Assembly: GCA_963696385.1 (NCBI GenBank)
Contig: CAVOKF010000004.1
Location: 224,001 to 288,000 of the forward strand
Source: an uncultured delta proteobacterium
Lineage (GTDB): Bacteria; Myxococcota_A; Polyangia; Polyangiales; Polyangiaceae
DNA length: 64,000 bases
Reading direction: 5' to 3'
The notes below the pieces were generated by a model, which was not told the DNA's origin, searched no databases, and was given only the letters and a program-made list of their open reading frames with translations. Positions 1 through 9,936 of this stretch are shown here, piece by piece. Position 1 is the first letter of the stretch. Each line of letters opens with the position of its first letter. The position numbers were made by a program, and so were the translations under genes.

Positions 1-176
1 ACGCCCCCTGCATGCGAGAGAGCGTCCGCTGCCGAGACGGCAAGCTCGCCGTACGCGTACGACATGTCGTTGACGCGCGAGTCCTTAACGTTGGGCAGGC
101 GTGTCATACGCCTCGGCCGCAATCCGGAGGCGCCCAGAAAATGAAACGCCGAGTTCCGCATCTTCAGTTCGCAGCC

Positions 177-793
177 TCAAACTCGAACAGGCTCACGTGA
201 TCCTGGTCCGACGAAGCCGTCCACGACGAAACGCACAGCGCCCGGTGCCTGCGCGACGTGCTTGGCTCGCTCCTCATCGCACGAGACCCTCGGTTGGATG
301 GCGTCCGCCGCGCTGCCCGCAAACCGATAGAGCACGTGCTGCGCCGTTGTCGGGTCGTCGCCACCGATCTCCACCTGGACATACCCTGCGTCCCCCAGGG
401 CTTCAGGCTGAGCCGCGCGGCAAAGTCGGTCACTCGGACCCTGTGCACGCCGTCCAAAAAGCGCAGCGTGCAGACCGTCCCTGGATCGGGGTGGAACGCG
501 CTCGGCCCGCCCGTACCGCCCATCACGCACGCGTCGACGACGACGACGATCGAGAACGGCTCGACCTCACGGTTGTTGGCCGGTTGTCGTTCAGAAGGGC
601 ACTCGCCAAAGAAAACGGAGTGCGACGCAAGCACAGGCTGGTTGGGAGAGCCGCTTACCGCGAGGGATCCCGTCCCCGTATAGAGACTCGGCACTGTGGC
701 GGCACAGCCGCCGGCAAGCACCGACGCGCAAAGGCCGGCGATGACGGCGCGCGTGCCGAGAGTGCGATGGGCCATGGTCTTCGACCGGGACAT
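177..793 (-). CDS. Hypothetical lipoprotein, apparently split by a 1-nt frameshift at ~392-396
   Basis: ORF 164..793 has a lipobox-like signal (LCASVLAGGC). Adding one G to the G5 run joins ...LKPWG to DAGYVQVEIGGDD... of ORF 177..530. Confidence 0.5.
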
Positions 794-853
794 CCATCGT
801 ACCCTTACGAGGGCGAGTCCGCTCGACGGCGCCGTGACCCGGCCGCGGTCGTG

Positions 854-1351
854 TCATGCGCGGACGGATTTTTCGTAGTGGGCCCCCACGCGTACAACCG
901 CGTCCTCTTCGCTCTCGCTGCGGCCGCGAACGTCTCCAAACGCACCGCAGTCGAGCGACAGCTTCGCCGCCATTGCGCTTGGTTCCGTGAACCGCGGATC
1001 GTCGAGCACTTTGCGGAGCATCCCGTCCGAGACGTGGCTAAACCGAGCGTGACCGTAGGCCACCAGATCGAGCAGCGCGCGCGCAAGGACCGCGGCCTCA
1101 CGACAATCGATTGCCCTAGCAGGGCGCCCGTCCTTGTCTTGCTCTTGGTCAATCTGAATGCTGCGCTTCGCCGTCGCGACGATCCCGACGACCTCGCCAC
1201 GTCGTTGCTCGACGGACGGCGGATTCGCGGGATTGCTTTTAGGCAGGTGTCGCGCCGGGGGCCTCGGGGCTTCCGACAAAGCCTTCGGGGCTGGCCGACC
1301 GTTGGCCCCGTGCGCCTCTCGTTTCGCGTTGTTCCGCTCGTCAACCGCCAT
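854..1351 (-). CDS. Hypothetical protein
   Basis: 165-aa ORF with protein-like composition, co-oriented with its neighbours; no recognisable motif. Confidence 0.45.
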   Translation of the reverse strand: MAVDERNNAKREAHGANGRPAPKALSEAPRPPARHLPKSNPANPPSVEQRRGEVVGIVATAKRSIQIDQEQDKDGRPARAIDCREAAVLARALLDLVAYGHARFSHVSDGMLRKVLDDPRFTEPSAMAAKLSLDCGAFGDVRGRSESEEDAVVRVGAHYEKSVRA

Positions 1352-1466
1352 GCGTCAACCTCTCTGCCGTCCTTGAGGACCGGACTGAACCATCGATGGC
1401 CACCTCGCAGTTCGAGTGGCCAGCGACTTCGAATCGAACGGACTCATCCTTGGTGCGTGGACGCGC

Positions 1467-2186
1467 TCAGGGAGTGCGCGCATCGGGCGGCTTCGCCGGC
1501 CTCGCCACGGGCATCGGCTGACTTTGGCTTTGCCATTGCAAGTCGAAGTCGGCGTCGCCTGCGCGCTCGAGCTGCCGGAGCCGGAGTGTGGCGTTGACTC
1601 CGAACGCTCGAACGGCCCCCTCGAGGACACCGTAGTGGTAGCAGTCGACAAAGCTGTAAGCGCCGCGCAATGCATAGCGGTAATGGCCGTCCCTTAGCCG
1701 CGTCGCCTCGACCGAGGAACCGGGCAACGCCAGCGCATACGCCTTCGGCGACGTCCGGATCACGTCCTCGAGCCGGTCTCCCAACGCGAAGAGTACGACT
1801 CGACCGGCCATGGTCGCGGCAAAACTGGTGTAGGAGATCCAGCCCATGCGCCGGAGCCCCTCCTGCGTCGGCTCCCTCGGGTGGACGAGCCGAGCCGCGT
1901 TGTGGACGATCCGCATGAAGTCCCGGAGGGGGTAACCGGCGAAGGGCACCCACCGAGAGCGCTTGGTCCCTTCGTACAGTCCCTCCGGCTCGGAGCCCAG
2001 GCGGTCGCGCACGTGGTCCACGAGGTACGTGAAGAACGTTCCCTTGGTCGTGGCCCACTTCGGGCACCGCTCGAGACTCGCTTCGATGTCCACGTTCGCG
2101 CGAAATGAAGGCACCTTGAAGTCGGTGTCCTCAGGCGAAATGGGCTGGGCGAGGGTCGTGCCCTTTTCCTCGCGTGCCCCTACCAT
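1467..2186 (-). CDS. DUF2378 / TIGR02265 myxobacterial family protein
   Basis: Motifs TTKGTFF, YPLRDFM, GLRRMG, FAATMAGRV and YHYGVLEGA. Confidence 0.75.
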   Translation of the reverse strand: MVGAREEKGTTLAQPISPEDTDFKVPSFRANVDIEASLERCPKWATTKGTFFTYLVDHVRDRLGSEPEGLYEGTKRSRWVPFAGYPLRDFMRIVHNAARLVHPREPTQEGLRRMGWISYTSFAATMAGRVVLFALGDRLEDVIRTSPKAYALALPGSSVEATRLRDGHYRYALRGAYSFVDCYHYGVLEGAVRAFGVNATLRLRQLERAGDADFDLQWQSQSQPMPVARPAKPPDARTP

Positions 2187-2450
2187 GCCCCGAATACGGA
2201 TCGCCGTTGCGCATCCTTAATAACGTCCGCGCTCCATCGATCGCGCGGCCTTTCGTAGTCAGTCGACTTTCCTCCAATCTTCCCGCGTTTCCATTTGGCG
2301 GTGCATGTAGCCAAACCTATGGCGTGCCACCGCCGCCTACCCTCGTGGCGACGCCCTCGCGGGAACGGTGCTCCCATCGCATCGGTCCGGGGGGTCGGCT
2401 TCGCCGTCCGCCGCGTCGGGTCGGCCGGACCCCTGGACGTTGGACGGCCC

Positions 2451-3710
2451 TCAAGCTCGTGCCGCGAGGACCCTGCGGATCGCCTCGGTCAGATGCGCGA
2501 GATCGTCATCGCCGATCACGAACGCGGGCGTCAGGTAAACGACGCGCCCCATCGGGCGGATCCAGACGCCTTCGTCGGCGAAGCGCGAGCAGAGGCCGGG
2601 TGCGTCGACGACCCGATCGAATTCCACCACGCCGATCGCGCCCCTCGTGCGCACATCGACCACTCCGCGCAGACCGCGGCAGGGCTCCAGTCCGTCGCGC
2701 AGTCCCCGTTCGATGCGCCTGACGTCGCCGACCCACGAACCGTCCTGAAAGAGGTCGAGCGACGCATGGGCCGCGGCGCACGCCAACGGGTTCGCCATGT
2801 AGGTCGGACCGTGCATGAGCGCCGCGCGCGGATCATCGGACCAGAAGGCATCGAACACGCGCGCGCTCGCGATCGCCGCCGACAGCGGCAACGTGCCCCC
2901 GGTGAGCGCCTTGGAGATCGTGACGATGTCGGGCGTCACGCCCGAGACTTGACAGACAAAGAGCGAACCGGTGCGGCCAAAGCCGGTGAAGATCTCGTCG
3001 AAAATCAGGAGGACGTCGTGCCGGTCGGCGAGCTCGCGCAACCGAACGAGCACCTCGGCATCGTGAAACAACATGCCCCCGGCACCTTGCACTCCGGGCT
3101 CCACCACGATCGCGGCGATCGCGGCTCTGTGGATCGCGAGGAAGTCATCCAGCGCAGCCAGGTCGGTGTGATCGCGGGGTAGGGCGAGTACGTGCTGCGC
3201 GGGCATCGCCCCCGCGAACAAGGTGTGCATGCCCTCCTCGGGGTCGCAGAGCGCCATCGTCGCGAGGGTGTCGCCGTGATACCCGCCGAGAAACGAGACG
3301 AATTGCCGGCGGCCCGACTCACCCCGGTTGGTCCAGTATTGGATGGCCATTTTCATGGCGATCTCGACGGCCACCGACCCGGACTCGGCGAAGAAGACGT
3401 GATCCAAGGTGCCGGGCAGCAGACAGGCCAATCGTGTGGCGAGCCGATACGCAGGCTCGTGCGCCAACCCGCCGAACATGACGTGCGGCAAACGATCGAG
3501 CTGTGCCCGAACCGCTTCGCGAATGTGCGGATGGTTGTACCCGTGGCATGCCGTCCACCACGAGGCGATCCCGTCGACCAGTTCGCGACCGTCTTCCAGA
3601 ACGATCCGGGCACCGTGCGTTCTGACGACCCGAAGTGGCTCCGGCGCGCCTTTCATCTGACAATACGGGCGCCAGACGTGCTTTGCACCCTCGACAAGCC
3701 AGTCGCGCAT
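2451..3710 (-). CDS. bioA: Adenosylmethionine-8-amino-7-oxononanoate transaminase
   Basis: HVWRPYCQM, DGIASWW, YHGDT, FDEIFTGFGRTG, SKALTGG and HGPTYMANP. ATG at 3710. Confidence 0.95.
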   Translation of the reverse strand: MRDWLVEGAKHVWRPYCQMKGAPEPLRVVRTHGARIVLEDGRELVDGIASWWTACHGYNHPHIREAVRAQLDRLPHVMFGGLAHEPAYRLATRLACLLPGTLDHVFFAESGSVAVEIAMKMAIQYWTNRGESGRRQFVSFLGGYHGDTLATMALCDPEEGMHTLFAGAMPAQHVLALPRDHTDLAALDDFLAIHRAAIAAIVVEPGVQGAGGMLFHDAEVLVRLRELADRHDVLLIFDEIFTGFGRTGSLFVCQVSGVTPDIVTISKALTGGTLPLSAAIASARVFDAFWSDDPRAALMHGPTYMANPLACAAAHASLDLFQDGSWVGDVRRIERGLRDGLEPCRGLRGVVDVRTRGAIGVVEFDRVVDAPGLCSRFADEGVWIRPMGRVVYLTPAFVIGDDDLAHLTEAIRRVLAARA

Positions 3711-3742
3711 GACCGATTCCCTCTGGCACGATAGAGCATCGA

Positions 3743-4441
3743 ATGCCCGATTTGCCGACCACGAGCCCGGGGGGATGGTTCCAGCCGATGCGCGACGATC
3801 GGCCCAACGACACGCCCTGGCCCGCCATGGTGTGGCCGCCAACCTCGACGCGTCTGACCGGACACGTCGTCGAGCTATCGCCGTGCGACCCAGACCGGGA
3901 CGCGAGTCCCTTGTTCCATGCCCTCCATCACGACGCGGTCTGGCGCTACATCCCGGGTCGGCCCCCGGACGCCGAACGGTTCGCCGGGACCCTCGCAAAA
4001 CTGCGGGCAGAAGGCCGTTTTGTCTGGATCGTACGTCTGCGGCGACCGTACGCCGGGCAGGCTGCCGGTGCCATCGTCGGAACCTCCTCGTACCTCGATG
4101 TCTCCGTGCCGGATGCTCGCGTGGAGGTCGGGGCCACGGCCTACATGCCGGCCGCGTGGGGCACGAACGTGAACCCGGACACGAAACGGCTGTTGCTGGC
4201 ACACGCCTTCGAAACGCTCGGTGTCGGTCGGGTCCAGCTGAAGACCGACGTGCGCAATGTTCGTTCCCAGCAGGCGATTGCGCGGCTGGGGGCCCGGTGC
4301 GAAGGGACGCTGCGACGGCATCAGCGGCGCGACGACGGAACGGTCCGCGACTCGGTGTTATTTTCCATTCTAGCCGAAGAGTGGCCAAGCGTTCGCGAGG
4401 GCCTTATTGCAAGACTGAAGGAGGCGGACGGTGCGAGCTGA
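3743..4441 (+). CDS. GNAT (RimJ/RimL-like) N-acetyltransferase
   Basis: VEVGAT, WGTNVN, LKTDVRNVRSQQAIARLGA..EG.LR and DSVLFSIL..EW. Start may be 3788. Confidence 0.88.
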   Translation: MPDLPTTSPGGWFQPMRDDRPNDTPWPAMVWPPTSTRLTGHVVELSPCDPDRDASPLFHALHHDAVWRYIPGRPPDAERFAGTLAKLRAEGRFVWIVRLRRPYAGQAAGAIVGTSSYLDVSVPDARVEVGATAYMPAAWGTNVNPDTKRLLLAHAFETLGVGRVQLKTDVRNVRSQQAIARLGARCEGTLRRHQRRDDGTVRDSVLFSILAEEWPSVREGLIARLKEADGAS

Positions 4442-5132
4442 CCTCCGCCGGCCGATGCTTGCCATCGTGCCGATGATCGCTCTTGTTGGGTGGTTCGGTT
4501 GCGAGCAGCGCTTTTCCGACAATCCGCCTTTGCTCGGTCCCGAGAGCTTCCCGTCTGGTTCGTCGTCGACTTCGTTAGAGGCGCTGTTTGCGCCAAGCCC
4601 CGACGCCGGTGCTTTGGTTCACGACATCTTTCACGCGATGACCGTCACCCTGTGCTCGAGCCTCGCGCCGTGCGGCGCGTCGGAGGGCGACGCTTCGGTC
4701 GGCATGCGTTACCACGTCGTCTTCGGCTCGGGGCGAGGCGAAATCCGGTCGCGGGGGCAGGCGATGGCCGACCTCTACGAAGAACTGCGGAACCGGCTGT
4801 CGGCCGGCGAACGGCTCAACGCAGAACCACATGCTCCGGGCCGTTCGGGTGCTACCGGCCCCGGCGATGCCGGGAGAATCCCTGCGCTCGGCGGAGGCTC
4901 CGGCCCCGAGGCAAACACAGGCAGCAGCGATCCGATCGCGAGGTGCGCGTTCCACCTCATTAAGCTAGTCGAAGACGCCGGCGAGGTGGACCTCGATGTG
5001 GTCCATGGGAGCGGGTCGAACCGGTGCCTGGTGTCGGTGGGCTATTCCGCTCCGAGCAGCGGAGCGTCGGAGTGCCTCCTGCAGGAGCCCGAGCGTCCCC
5101 GCCCTCCTGGACGAAAGGGATTCTCATTTTGA
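4431..5132 (+). CDS. Hypothetical exported or lipoprotein
   Basis: Hydrophobic N-terminus ending GWFGC; overlaps the GNAT stop. Start uncertain. Confidence 0.55.
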   Translation: MRADLRRPMLAIVPMIALVGWFGCEQRFSDNPPLLGPESFPSGSSSTSLEALFAPSPDAGALVHDIFHAMTVTLCSSLAPCGASEGDASVGMRYHVVFGSGRGEIRSRGQAMADLYEELRNRLSAGERLNAEPHAPGRSGATGPGDAGRIPALGGGSGPEANTGSSDPIARCAFHLIKLVEDAGEVDLDVVHGSGSNRCLVSVGYSAPSSGASECLLQEPERPRPPGRKGFSF

Positions 5133-5295
5133 GAGGGGTGACGACGCTCGGGCAATCACCGGGCTCCCGAGTGCCTACCTCCGGCATCGGGGTGGGCCGG
5201 CCATCCCGAGACAGCGTTCTGCGCGCCGATTGCATCGTGTTCGCAGAACGCGCATGATTTGGGGTAGGTGGGCGGGGCGCGGCCACACCCCAGAT

Positions 5296-6399
5296 ATGTC
5301 GAAGCGAACCTCCCTCTGGCTGCCGAGTCTTTTTGCTCTCGTGTGCGGCGGATGCCAAGCCTCCGCCCATGGCGCTGGGGTCGAAAGCCACGGCGGCGAC
5401 AACGACAGCAGCCTTCCAGCGCCGGACGCGGACACCGGCGGCTCGTCAGTGGCCGATGCGGACAACGGAGACGACTCGTCGAGCGGCTCGTCGGTGGCCG
5501 ATGCGGACAACGGAGGCGACGACGTCGGCGTGGGGGCTTCCGGCACCGACGCCTCGCGATCGGCTTCCGACGGGTCCCCTGAAGCCGGAGGCGAGGCCGA
5601 CGTCGACGCAGCCGCCTCTTCCGAGGCCGGTGCACACTCCGACGCTTCCTTGAGTGACGCAGGGGGCAAAGCGCCCTTCAAGGGCGTCGCCGGATCCGAT
5701 TGCGCCGAGCTCGTGAGCCTGAACGTCTCCTGGTGGTACGACTGGGAGCAGGGTCCCACGGGCTGCACGTCGACTCCGTTCGTGCCGATGGTTTGGGGGC
5801 ATGCGAACGAGCAGACTGCCGCGGGCATCGCCAGCGAAGTCAGCGCGGGCGTGACGGCCGGCTACACGTACGTCCTGGGCTTCAACGAGCCGGACAACGC
5901 GAGCCAATCGAACATTCCGGTAGCGACGGCGATTTCGCTCTGGCCGTCGTTCAACAACCCCTCGGTGCTCATCGGTAGTCCTGCCACTCAGGGCAATGCG
6001 ACGGGCCTCGCGTGGATCCAAGATTTCATGACCCAGGTCAATGCCGATACCTCCGGCAAGTTGCGAGTCGATTTCATCGCCACGCATTGGTACGGCTGGG
6101 ACACCGGGGCTTGCGACCCCGCAGCCAACACGTTGGAGTCCTGGATCGCAGGGATCGAAGCCATCCCGGGCAACCGTCCCATCTGGCTCACGGAATGGGG
6201 ATGCGACAACGAAAGCAACCCCAATGCCGCGACCGTGGAAGCATTCTACGCAGGCGCCCTTGCGATGTTCGCGAAGCATCCCCGGGTCGTGCGCTACGCC
6301 TGGTACCAATGGGAGACCTACAACGAGCTCATCGATGCCGATGGGGGCGCTTTGACGACTCTGGGAACATCCTACGCAAACGCGCCCGCCTTCCACTGA
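5296..6399 (+). CDS. Lipoprotein glycoside hydrolase (GH128 / Glyco_hydro_cc, beta-1,3-glucanase-like)
   Basis: Lipobox LVCGGC, D/A/G/S-rich linker, then WWYDW, FVPMVWG, LGFNEPD, DFIATHWY, PIWLTEW and VVRYAW. Confidence 0.85.
   Translation: MSKRTSLWLPSLFALVCGGCQASAHGAGVESHGGDNDSSLPAPDADTGGSSVADADNGDDSSSGSSVADADNGGDDVGVGASGTDASRSASDGSPEAGGEADVDAAASSEAGAHSDASLSDAGGKAPFKGVAGSDCAELVSLNVSWWYDWEQGPTGCTSTPFVPMVWGHANEQTAAGIASEVSAGVTAGYTYVLGFNEPDNASQSNIPVATAISLWPSFNNPSVLIGSPATQGNATGLAWIQDFMTQVNADTSGKLRVDFIATHWYGWDTGACDPAANTLESWIAGIEAIPGNRPIWLTEWGCDNESNPNAATVEAFYAGALAMFAKHPRVVRYAWYQWETYNELIDADGGALTTLGTSYANAPAFH
5440..5520 (+). repeat. Two 36-bp in-frame copies (GSSVADADNG.D), 45-bp period, in the GH128 linker
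   Basis: GGCTCGTCRGTGGCCGATGCGGACAACGGAGRCGAC at 5440 and 5485. Confidence 0.85.
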
Positions 6400-6675
6400 G
6401 GCCGATCGTTCTCGAAGGGGCCTTCTTCGCTGCCAAAGACTTGGTCTTGGTCGGCCGAGGGGCTTTGGCGTCTTCCGGGCCGAAACTGCAACGAGAGGGG
6501 TCGTCTTGAGCGACGCCCAGAAAGATCGCCTGGCAAACGGGTCCCGGACGCGCGAAGGCGGCTGCGAAATCGTCCGATGGCGGCCGTTCGACTGCCGCGG
6601 AAACCGTGGCCCGCCGTGGCCGAGGCCGCCGCTCCCCGAGCATGGGTCCCCCTCTATTTCCTGCGGAAAAGCGAG

Positions 6676-6748
6676 TGGGCCATGATGGACTCGAACCATC
6701 AGCCAACGGATTAAGAGTCCGCTGCTCTACCAATTGAGCTAATGGCCC
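6676..6748 (-). tRNA. tRNA-Lys (anticodon CTT), CCA not encoded
   Basis: GGGCCATTAGCTCAATTGGTAGAGCAGCGGACTCTTAATCCGTTGGCTGATGGTTCGAGTCCATCATGGCCCA folds as a cloverleaf. Confidence 0.96.
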
Positions 6749-6766
6749 TGCGCGCGGAAGGCAGCG

Positions 6767-6796
6767 CAGATAGCCCGCCGTGCCCCGGGGTGTCAA
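6767..6796 (-). promoter_or_regulatory. Probable sigma70 promoter of tRNA-Lys
   Basis: Perfect TTGACA at 6796-6791 with a weak -10 (TATCTG) 18 nt downstream. Confidence 0.4.
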
Positions 6797-6999
6797 GGAC
6801 GTCGGGCGAGCGGGCGAAGGGACTTCGACTTCGAGTCACGCCGTTCGCGTCGGAACGACAGCGCTTGCCGTGCGCGATCGGCAGCGGGCGGAAATGAGCT
6901 TTCGGACCCCGTTGCCTTCGGCAACGGCGCGCGACGCGCGCGTCCGGCTGCGACGGAAAAACGCGTAGAGCCTGGTCGGCTGCGTGGTAGAGACCGATC

Positions 7000-7704
7000 G
7001 TGCAGGCCGTCGTTCTCGCCGGTGGACTTGCGACACGGATGCACCCGCACACGTTGCGGGTGCCCAAATCGATGCTCGAGGTAGCGGGCCGCCCGTTCGT
7101 CGACTGGCAGATCGAGTGTCTCGCGCGATGGGGATTCGACGACATCGTCATGTGCATTGCCCATCTGGGCGACGCGATTCGGAGTCACGTCGGAGACGGT
7201 TCTCGCTTCGGCGTACGGGTGTCGTGGTCGGAGGAAGGGGTACGGCTGCTCGGTACAGCCGGCGCGTTGAGGAAGGCGCTTGGGCGGCTTGAACCGACAT
7301 TTCTGGTCACCTACGGGGACAGTTTTCTGCCGTTCGACTACTCGGAGCCGCTTCGCATCCTGCGCGATCACGACGACTGCGACGGGGTCATGGCCGTTTT
7401 CAAAAACGAGGGGAAATGGGACGCTTCCAACGTGCTCTGCGCCGGCGATTGGATCGCACGGTACGAAAAGGGGACACGCGACGCCGAGCTCGACCACATC
7501 GATTACGGCGCGACCGCGCTCCGGCGCAGCGTCGTGACGGCCTTGCCGGAAGGTCAGCCTTGCGGTCTCGACGCCGTGCAGCGTGACCTCGCCGCCCGGA
7601 AGCGCTTGCGAGCCTGCATGGCCCGTGAGAGGTTTTACGAAATTGGCTCGCCGGAGGGGCTGTCCGAACTCGATCGGTTTCTCCGTTCCCAAGCAATCTC
7701 ATGA
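7000..7704 (+). CDS. Sugar-phosphate nucleotidyltransferase (HddC-like heptose-1-P guanylyltransferase)
   Basis: VLAGGLATRM..PKSM, LGTAGAL, TYGD and FYEIGSPEG; first gene of the heptose operon. Confidence 0.85.
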   Translation: MQAVVLAGGLATRMHPHTLRVPKSMLEVAGRPFVDWQIECLARWGFDDIVMCIAHLGDAIRSHVGDGSRFGVRVSWSEEGVRLLGTAGALRKALGRLEPTFLVTYGDSFLPFDYSEPLRILRDHDDCDGVMAVFKNEGKWDASNVLCAGDWIARYEKGTRDAELDHIDYGATALRRSVVTALPEGQPCGLDAVQRDLAARKRLRACMARERFYEIGSPEGLSELDRFLRSQAIS

Positions 7705-8696
7705 TCGTTTCTCGCGCCCCCGTTCGTTTTTCGCTCGGCGGCGGCGGTACCGACCTGCCGAGCTACTCGCGCGAACACGGCGGTTTCGTGGTCGCGGCGG
7801 CCGTCGACAAATTTTTGTTCGTGTGCGTCGCCCGCCGCTTTTACGCCAATATCCGGCTGGCGTATTCGGAGACCGAGATTGTCGAGACCGTCGACGCGAT
7901 TCGACATCGCATCTTTCGCGAGGCCCTGCGCCTGACGGGCATTGCAGGCGGCGTCGAGCTCCACAGCCTCGCCGACGTTCCTTCGAACTCGGGCCTCGGA
8001 TCATCGAGTAGCTTCACGGTCGCTCTGCTCAACGGGCTGCACGCCTTCAAGCGCGAGTTCGTGTCGGCCGAGCAGCTCGCGCGCGAAGCCTGCCAGATCG
8101 AGATCGATGTCCTCCAGGAGCCTATCGGCAAACAGGATCAGTACATCGCGGCCTACGGCGGCATCAGCGCGATGACGTTCAATCGCGACGGGTCGGTCGA
8201 CGTCGAACGGCTCCCGCTCAAGGAAGAAGTCATCGACGAGCTCGAGTCCAACCTGGTCATCTATTATACTGGGGTTGAGCGCGCGGCGTCCTCCGTCCTG
8301 AAAGAGCAGGCGGCCGCCATCGTGGAAAACCGCGACGCGGCCGTTCAACGCATGCACCGCATCAAAGAGCTCGGCCGCGAGACCAAGCGCATTTTGCTGG
8401 CCGGAGAGCTCGACCAGTACGGCGAAATGTTGCACGAACACTGGACGAACAAGCGCAAGCTCGCCGCCAACATGACCGACTCGGCGATCGACGAGCATTA
8501 CGAGGCCGGCCGCAAGGCGGGCGCCATCGGCGGCAAGCTCATGGGCGCGGGCGGCGGCGGATTCTTCATGTTTTACGTTCGAGCGCCCGAGCGACGCCGC
8601 GTACACGATGTGCTCTGCGCGCGGGGGCTTCGTCCGCTGCGTTTTCGCTTCGACTTCGACGGCGCCCGCATCGTGGCCAACTTCCACAGGTCGTGA
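7701..8696 (+). CDS. hddA: GHMP kinase, D-glycero-alpha-D-manno-heptose-7-P kinase-like
   Basis: RAPVRFSLGGGGTD, SGLGSSS, GKQDQY and GGKLMGAGGGGF. Confidence 0.88.
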   Translation: MIVSRAPVRFSLGGGGTDLPSYSREHGGFVVAAAVDKFLFVCVARRFYANIRLAYSETEIVETVDAIRHRIFREALRLTGIAGGVELHSLADVPSNSGLGSSSSFTVALLNGLHAFKREFVSAEQLAREACQIEIDVLQEPIGKQDQYIAAYGGISAMTFNRDGSVDVERLPLKEEVIDELESNLVIYYTGVERAASSVLKEQAAAIVENRDAAVQRMHRIKELGRETKRILLAGELDQYGEMLHEHWTNKRKLAANMTDSAIDEHYEAGRKAGAIGGKLMGAGGGGFFMFYVRAPERRRVHDVLCARGLRPLRFRFDFDGARIVANFHRS

Positions 8697-9295
8697 CGAT
8701 GTCCACGTTCAGCCAGATGTATCTCGACGAGAGCATCGAGATCATTCGCATGATCGACGTCGCCAGCATCGAGGCGGTCGCGGAGGGACTCGCCAAAATC
8801 CGTTCCCAGGGGCGCCTCTTCATCCTGGGCGTCGGCGGCAGCGCCGGGCATGCCGGGCATGCCGTCAACGACTTCCGGAAGATCTGCGGCTTCGAAGCCT
8901 ACGCTCCGACCGACAACGTGAGCGAACTCACGGCGCGCGTGAACGACGAGGGATGGGACACGTGCTTCGTCGAGTGGCTGCGCGGCTCGCGGCTGCGTTC
9001 GGACGACGGCGTGCTCGTCTTCAGCGTAGGGGGAGGCAACCGCGAGAAGAACGTGAGTGTAAACTTGGTGCGAGCGCTCGAGCTGGCGCGGTCGGTCGGC
9101 GCCAAGGTGTTCGGCATTGTAGGACGCGACGGGGGATTCACCAAGCAAGCGGCCGAGGCGTGCGTCGTCGTTCCGACGGTCGCGCCGGAACGCGTGACGC
9201 CGCACACGGAAGGGTTCGCCGCCGTCGTATGGCACTTGCTCGTGAGTCATCCCAAGCTTGCGCGCACCGCGACCAAGTGGGAGAGCGTGAAGTGA
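8693..9295 (+). CDS. gmhA: SIS-domain phosphoheptose isomerase-like protein
   Basis: GVGGSAGHAGHAVND, LTARVNDEG and FSVGGG; operon context. Confidence 0.8.
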   Translation: MTMSTFSQMYLDESIEIIRMIDVASIEAVAEGLAKIRSQGRLFILGVGGSAGHAGHAVNDFRKICGFEAYAPTDNVSELTARVNDEGWDTCFVEWLRGSRLRSDDGVLVFSVGGGNREKNVSVNLVRALELARSVGAKVFGIVGRDGGFTKQAAEACVVVPTVAPERVTPHTEGFAAVVWHLLVSHPKLARTATKWESVK

Positions 9296-9893
9296 CGCGA
9301 GTCGCGATCGTGGATCGCGATGGAACGATCATCGACCTCGTTCGCGACGAAGAGACGGGCACTATCTCGGTCGCGTTTCATCCCGACCACATCCGATTTC
9401 TCGCCGGATCGATCGACGGGCTGCGCGCGCTTCAGGACCGGGGATACCTGCTCGCCATCGCCACCAACCAGCCCGCGCCCGCGAAGGGCCAGTTCTCGGC
9501 GAACGCCGTGCACCGTACGAACGGTGCGCTGGTCGAGCGGCTGCGCGATCTGGGAATCGAAATCGCGGCCGTCGAGGTTTGCATGCATCACCCCGTGGGC
9601 GCTGCGGGCGGCGAGGCCGCCCTCATCCGAGCCTGCGAATGCCGAAAGCCGAGACCCGGAATGCTGAAGGCGATTCTCGGCCGACTGGGCGGCGACCGCG
9701 CGCACTCGTGGATGATCGGAGACTCGGCGGCTGACATCGAGGCGGGACGGGCCGCGGGGCTTCGGACCGGACTCGTGTTCGCCCCGAACCGGTGCGAACT
9801 TTGTCCCTGCGGGCCGGCCCGAGCTCACTGGGCCCCGACGCCGCCGGTGCCACATTGACCGACCTCTCCGCGGAGATCCTCGGTCACTCGTGA
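9292..9893 (+). CDS. gmhB: HAD-IIIA heptose-bisphosphate phosphatase; probable 1-nt frameshift at ~9806 near the C-terminus
   Basis: DRDGT, TNQ, CMHHP, CECRKP.PGM and MIGDS.DI.AG. As written it stops at 9858; adding one C gives ...CPLRAGPSSLGPDAAGATLTDLSAEILGHS* at 9893. Confidence 0.85.
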
Positions 9894-9936
9894 TCGGCGC
9901 ATGGTAAATGCTTGAGACGACGGCATTGGAGACCTC

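Noticed and set aside
1..107. Possible minus-strand CDS start (MTRLPNVKDS..., GAGG upstream)
   Set aside because: Only 35 codons are visible before the window edge, too few to support a call.
1..6675. Genomic island integrated at the tRNA-Lys 3' end
   Set aside because: No integrase, no duplicated tRNA 3' end in the window, and the region includes housekeeping bioA.
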